Part shown: one piece after another, positions 44,540 through 47,797 of the stretch
Numbering within the stretch: position 1 is the first letter of the stretch
Layout: each line of letters starts with the position of its first letter
NCBI GenBank assembly: GCA_022843885.1
Contig: JALHMU010000001.1
Location: 1 to 47,797 of the forward strand
DNA: 47,797 nucleotides
From: Candidatus Peribacteraceae bacterium
Lineage (GTDB): Bacteria > Patescibacteriota > Gracilibacteria > Peribacterales > Peribacteraceae
Direction of reading: 5' to 3'
Notes under the pieces: generated by a model
Seen by the model: only the letters and a program-made list of their open reading frames with translations
Told to the model about the DNA's origin: nothing
Database searches by the model: none
Made by a program: the position numbers and the translations under genes

Positions 44540-45359
44540 CAACGATACCGAGGATCACAAGCGTGACGGCCATCATGAGACGCGGTAAGGATTGATCACG
44601 TTCTTTAAAGATGTAATAGCCGCCGAGTGCAGCAAAAAGAATCGAGAGGCGTTTCACCGCGAGAACGTACGGCGCGGGTGCGAGGGCAACGGCTGCGATC
44701 GTAAAGACATCTTGGAACCACACAGTCAGTGCGAAGAGTGTCATGAACCCGACACGTCGCCAGCTCCATTTTGTCGTGAACCATTTCTTTCCGGCAACAA
44801 CAGCGTTGAAGAAAAATCCGCCAGACAAGAACGCGCTGCTCATCGGGATGACATGCGGGAAAAATTTGTAGACCTCACGTGCCATCACAGTATTGATGCC
44901 GAAGATCAGCACACCAAAGAGAATGATCCACGGATACGGCGTCTTCCAGACATACCATCGGCCTTTGTACAGGAGCAGAAGCCCGAGCGTCGTAAGCACG
45001 ATGCCAAGAATGCCGAGCAGCGGAAATGTCTCGTGAAAAAGGACGACGGAGAAGAACAGCGCTGCGATGGATGTGAGTCCCGTGAGCGGTTTAATAATAC
45101 TGACTTCCACGCGTTGCGATGCGTACGTAAAACCAAGCAGAATGATGGGGCCGATGAACGTATTAAATCCCAGATAAAAAATCCACAGCGGCTCATGCCA
45201 TGGAAAATCCACGACCCATGCCGAGTGAATGAGGACGATCGGACCGATCGCAAATTGTGCAGACGTAACGACTGCGACGGGGATACCTTTACTTGCTCTG
45301 GCAAACAGCCACGTCGCGGCATAGAGAACGGCCGATGCAAGCGCGAGGAGGATCCACAT
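44523..45359 (-). CDS. EamA/DMT-family transporter
   Basis: About 10 TM segments in two EamA-like halves. Start trimmed to MWILLALASAV because the tracked N-terminus reads through tRNA-Trp. Confidence 0.8.
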   Translation of the reverse strand: MWILLALASAVLYAATWLFARASKGIPVAVVTSAQFAIGPIVLIHSAWVVDFPWHEPLWIFYLGFNTFIGPIILLGFTYASQRVEVSIIKPLTGLTSIAALFFSVVLFHETFPLLGILGIVLTTLGLLLLYKGRWYVWKTPYPWIILFGVLIFGINTVMAREVYKFFPHVIPMSSAFLSGGFFFNAVVAGKKWFTTKWSWRRVGFMTLFALTVWFQDVFTIAAVALAPAPYVLAVKRLSILFAALGGYYIFKERDQSLPRLMMAVTLVILGIVVIAFQ

Positions 45360-45379
45360 TGAAGATACTTCGAAAGAAG

Positions 45380-45455
45380 TGGCAGGCGCGGTAGGGATCG
45401 AACCTACGACCCTCGGTTTTGGAGACCGATGCTCTACCAACTGAGCTACGCGCCT
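45380..45455 (-). tRNA. tRNA-Trp (anticodon CCA)
   Basis: Cloverleaf of 76 nt: AGGCGCG/CGCGCCT acceptor, D-arm GCTC-AGTTGGTA-GAGC, anticodon loop CTCCAAA, T-loop TTCGATC, discriminator G, encoded CCA. Confidence 0.9.
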
Positions 45456-45496
45456 AGGTCCTCTTCAGTATAGAGGAAAAAGGGCGTTTCTTCTCC

Positions 45497-47797
45497 CTAT
45501 TTCTTTTTACCACCTCCGCGGTTCCCCCACTTTCGTGGCGGTGCATCGCGCTTCTTTTGCAAATGTTCGACAGCCTGTTCATGCGTGATCGTTTCAGGAT
45601 CGAGTTTCTTTCCAAGCGAGGCATTCGTTTTCCCATCCGTAATATACGGTCCGAAGCGGCCGTCCTTCAGCAAGATCGGATTTCCTGAGACTGGATCCAC
45701 GCCAAGTTCTTTCAGCGGTCCTGCGGCCTTCCGTTCCTTCGTCTTCGTGAGGAGATCTTTCGCAATCTCTTCCGTCACCGTAAACGGATGCATGCCTTTA
45801 TCCAATGATGCAGATACTGTTCCAGCTTTGAGGTATGGACCGAAACGTCCGAGGTGCAATTCAATCGGTTCGCCATTCAAATCTCCAAGTCGCTTCGGGA
45901 AGGACAAGAGATGCTGAGCATCTTCAAACGTGACGGTATCGATGCTCATCTCAGGCATGAGCGATGCAGCTTTCGGTTTGTCTTTCTTTGGTGCTGGCGG
46001 ATCGCCTTTCTTGCGGCGTGTCTTTGGCTTCTCTTCTTTCTCCCATGCGCCAAGCTGTACGTACGGACCGAATCGTCCAAGACGTGCGATGACCATCAAG
46101 CCTGTGGCTGGATCGATACCAAGTTCGCGAACTTTCACTGCATCTTCTTTCTTGATTTCTTTCGTCTTCAATTCCACGAGTGCCTTGAATGGTTCGTAGA
46201 AATTTCGAAGGAACGGCACGAGCTCTTCCTTCGCTTCCGCAATGTGGTCGAGCTTCTCTTCCATGTGCGCGGTGAATTGCAAATCAACGATGTCGGAGAA
46301 ATGTTCTGCGAGCAGATCCGTCACCGCAAATGCGACGTCAGCTGGAGCAAGCTGCTTCCCTTCTTTCTTGATGTACCCACGTTGCTGGATCGTCGAGATC
46401 GTCGGTGCGTACGTACTTGGACGACCGATGCCTTCTTCTTCGAGTTTCTTCACGAGCGATGCTTCCGTGTAGCGTGCAGGTGGCTTCGTGAAATGTTGTT
46501 CTGGAAGAAGTTCTTTCAAGTTCAAGTTCTCGCCTTCATCAAGTGGTGGCAAGAATTTTTCTCCATCACCGGCTTCGTGTTCCTGTGGTGTGTCTTCATC
46601 GCGATCTTCCAAGTACACGCGCAAGAATCCGTCAAACAAAATCGTCTGACCAGTGGCACGGAAGGTGTAATCCTTCTTTCCTTTTGCAAGGATGTCAGCA
46701 CCGACACGCTTGAGTTCTGCGCCTGCCATCTGTGTTGCAATCGTGCGGTTCCAGATGAGCGTGTAGAGCTTGAGCTGTTGTGTATCGAGCTGCGATGCGA
46801 GTGATTCCGGTGAACGATTCATCTCCGTCGGACGGATTGCTTCGTGTGCTTCCTGTGCGCCCTTGGACTTCGACTTATATTTTCGTGGTTCGGATAACAC
46901 ATATTCGCGACCGTACGTTTTTTCGATCATCTCTTTCGAATCATCCAATGCTTTCTGGCTCAAGTTCACGGAATCGGTACGCATGTACGTGATCAAACCT
47001 GTGTGACCCTGACCTTTGCCAAGGTTCACTCCTTCATAGAGCTGCTGTGCGACAACCATCGTTTGCTTCACGGAGAAACCAAGCTTGCGCGATGCTTCCT
47101 GTTGCAACGTTGATGTCGTGAATGGCGGAGCCGGCGTTTTCTTCAGCTCTTTCGTTTCGATATTTGCAACAGTGAACGTCGCACCATCTAAGTCAGCGAC
47201 TGTTTCATCGGACTCTTGTTGATTCACTGGCACGAACTTCACACCTTCTTTCTCTTTCAAGTCAGCAGTGAAGGCTTGCTCTTTTCCTGTTTCCAGATTT
47301 GCAGCGATTGTCCAATACTCTTCAGCTTTAAATGCTTGGATTTCACGTTCACGATCCACGATCAATTTCACAGACACGGACTGCACACGACCGGCGGACA
47401 ATCCGCGATACACCTTCTTCCATAAGAAAGGAGAGAGTGTATATCCCACGAGGCGATCCAGAATGCGTCGTCCCTGCTGCGCATTTACCAAATTCATATC
47501 GAGTGTCCTTGGATGTTCGATCGCCGCTTTAATCGCGCTTTCTGTGATTTCATGAAAGGCGATACGTTTGATCGTATCCACTTTTTTCAAACCAAGTGCC
47601 TGTGTGAGGTGCCACCCAATGGCTTCTCCTTCGCGATCTTCGTCGGTTGCGATCCACACGTCGTCAGCTTCTTTCATCGCTGCTTTCAAATGTTTGATGA
47701 CAGTTTGCTTCTCCTTTGGAATGACGTACGTCGGTTCGTATTCGTTCTCCGTATCGACTGCGAGCGTGTTCGTCGGAAGATCACGGACGTGTCCCAT
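45497..47797 (-). CDS. topA: DNA topoisomerase I (5'-partial, runs off the window)
   Basis: GHVRDLP, the Toprim DEDREGE, the active-site region GLITYMRTDS, and three C-terminal GRFGPY repeats plus a basic tail. Confidence 0.9.
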   Translation of the reverse strand: MGHVRDLPTNTLAVDTENEYEPTYVIPKEKQTVIKHLKAAMKEADDVWIATDEDREGEAIGWHLTQALGLKKVDTIKRIAFHEITESAIKAAIEHPRTLDMNLVNAQQGRRILDRLVGYTLSPFLWKKVYRGLSAGRVQSVSVKLIVDREREIQAFKAEEYWTIAANLETGKEQAFTADLKEKEGVKFVPVNQQESDETVADLDGATFTVANIETKELKKTPAPPFTTSTLQQEASRKLGFSVKQTMVVAQQLYEGVNLGKGQGHTGLITYMRTDSVNLSQKALDDSKEMIEKTYGREYVLSEPRKYKSKSKGAQEAHEAIRPTEMNRSPESLASQLDTQQLKLYTLIWNRTIATQMAGAELKRVGADILAKGKKDYTFRATGQTILFDGFLRVYLEDRDEDTPQEHEAGDGEKFLPPLDEGENLNLKELLPEQHFTKPPARYTEASLVKKLEEEGIGRPSTYAPTISTIQQRGYIKKEGKQLAPADVAFAVTDLLAEHFSDIVDLQFTAHMEEKLDHIAEAKEELVPFLRNFYEPFKALVELKTKEIKKEDAVKVRELGIDPATGLMVIARLGRFGPYVQLGAWEKEEKPKTRRKKGDPPAPKKDKPKAASLMPEMSIDTVTFEDAQHLLSFPKRLGDLNGEPIELHLGRFGPYLKAGTVSASLDKGMHPFTVTEEIAKDLLTKTKERKAAGPLKELGVDPVSGNPILLKDGRFGPYITDGKTNASLGKKLDPETITHEQAVEHLQKKRDAPPRKWGNRGGGKKK

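Noticed and set aside
45360-45440. N-terminal extension of the EamA transporter ORF (MVEHRSPKPRVVGSIPTAPATS...)
   Set aside because: This stretch is the translation of the tRNA-Trp gene (45380-45455) on the same strand. The real start is the downstream MWILLALASAV.
1-47797. Alternative genetic code (TGA read as Gly or Trp, as in some candidate phyla)
   Set aside because: Conserved genes such as comM, tsaC-adjacent ORFs and the operon genes end at TGA at their expected lengths, and I saw no in-frame TGA interrupting recognisable domains.
1-47797. CRISPR arrays, IS elements, integrases, prophage or rRNA operons
   Set aside because: I saw no regularly spaced direct repeats, no transposase, integrase or recombinase motifs in any tracked ORF, and no rRNA-like sequence. 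The only repeat of note is the 15-nt pair flanking the AT-rich islet.

Overview
47.8 kb chromosomal segment, roughly 50% GC by eye, densely packed and read with the standard genetic code (TGA acts as a stop). Most of it is housekeeping and cell-envelope genes: yraN, comM, guaD-like deaminase, pyrF, murA, lspA, ftsW, murG, cyclophilin, gltX, murB, ssb, dnaE, tsaC, nrdR, aspS, two M23 peptidases, a PBP5-type carboxypeptidase, an ftsQ-like gene, a GT4 glycosyltransferase, pgeF, dgt, an EamA transporter and a 5'-partial topA. There are three tRNAs: Arg-CCT, Leu-TAG and Trp-CCA. Short overlapping gene junctions, many lineage-specific hypothetical proteins and an SLH surface protein suggest a small-genome, Gram-positive-type bacterium, possibly CPR/Patescibacteria-like; that placement is inference only. 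I saw no rRNA, CRISPR array, transposase, integrase or obvious prophage. Five things stand out. (1) A 7.6 kb operon of five ORFs (about 16081-23669) joined by four ATGA start/stop overlaps; every product has an N-terminal signal peptide or membrane anchor, is Cys-rich, and matches no family I recognise. It is a candidate novel exported or envelope system. (2) A 388-nt gene-free gap (40635-41022) holds about 250 nt of nested helices with GNRA loops and strand-specific G-U pairs. I read it as a structured ncRNA that I could not assign to RNase P, tmRNA, SRP, 6S or a riboswitch. (3) An AT-rich islet of about 700 bp with two orphan ORFs, bracketed by a short direct repeat. (4) An SSB with two OB folds in one chain. 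(5) An untracked 50-aa AbrB/SpoVT-like ORF coupled to tsaC.
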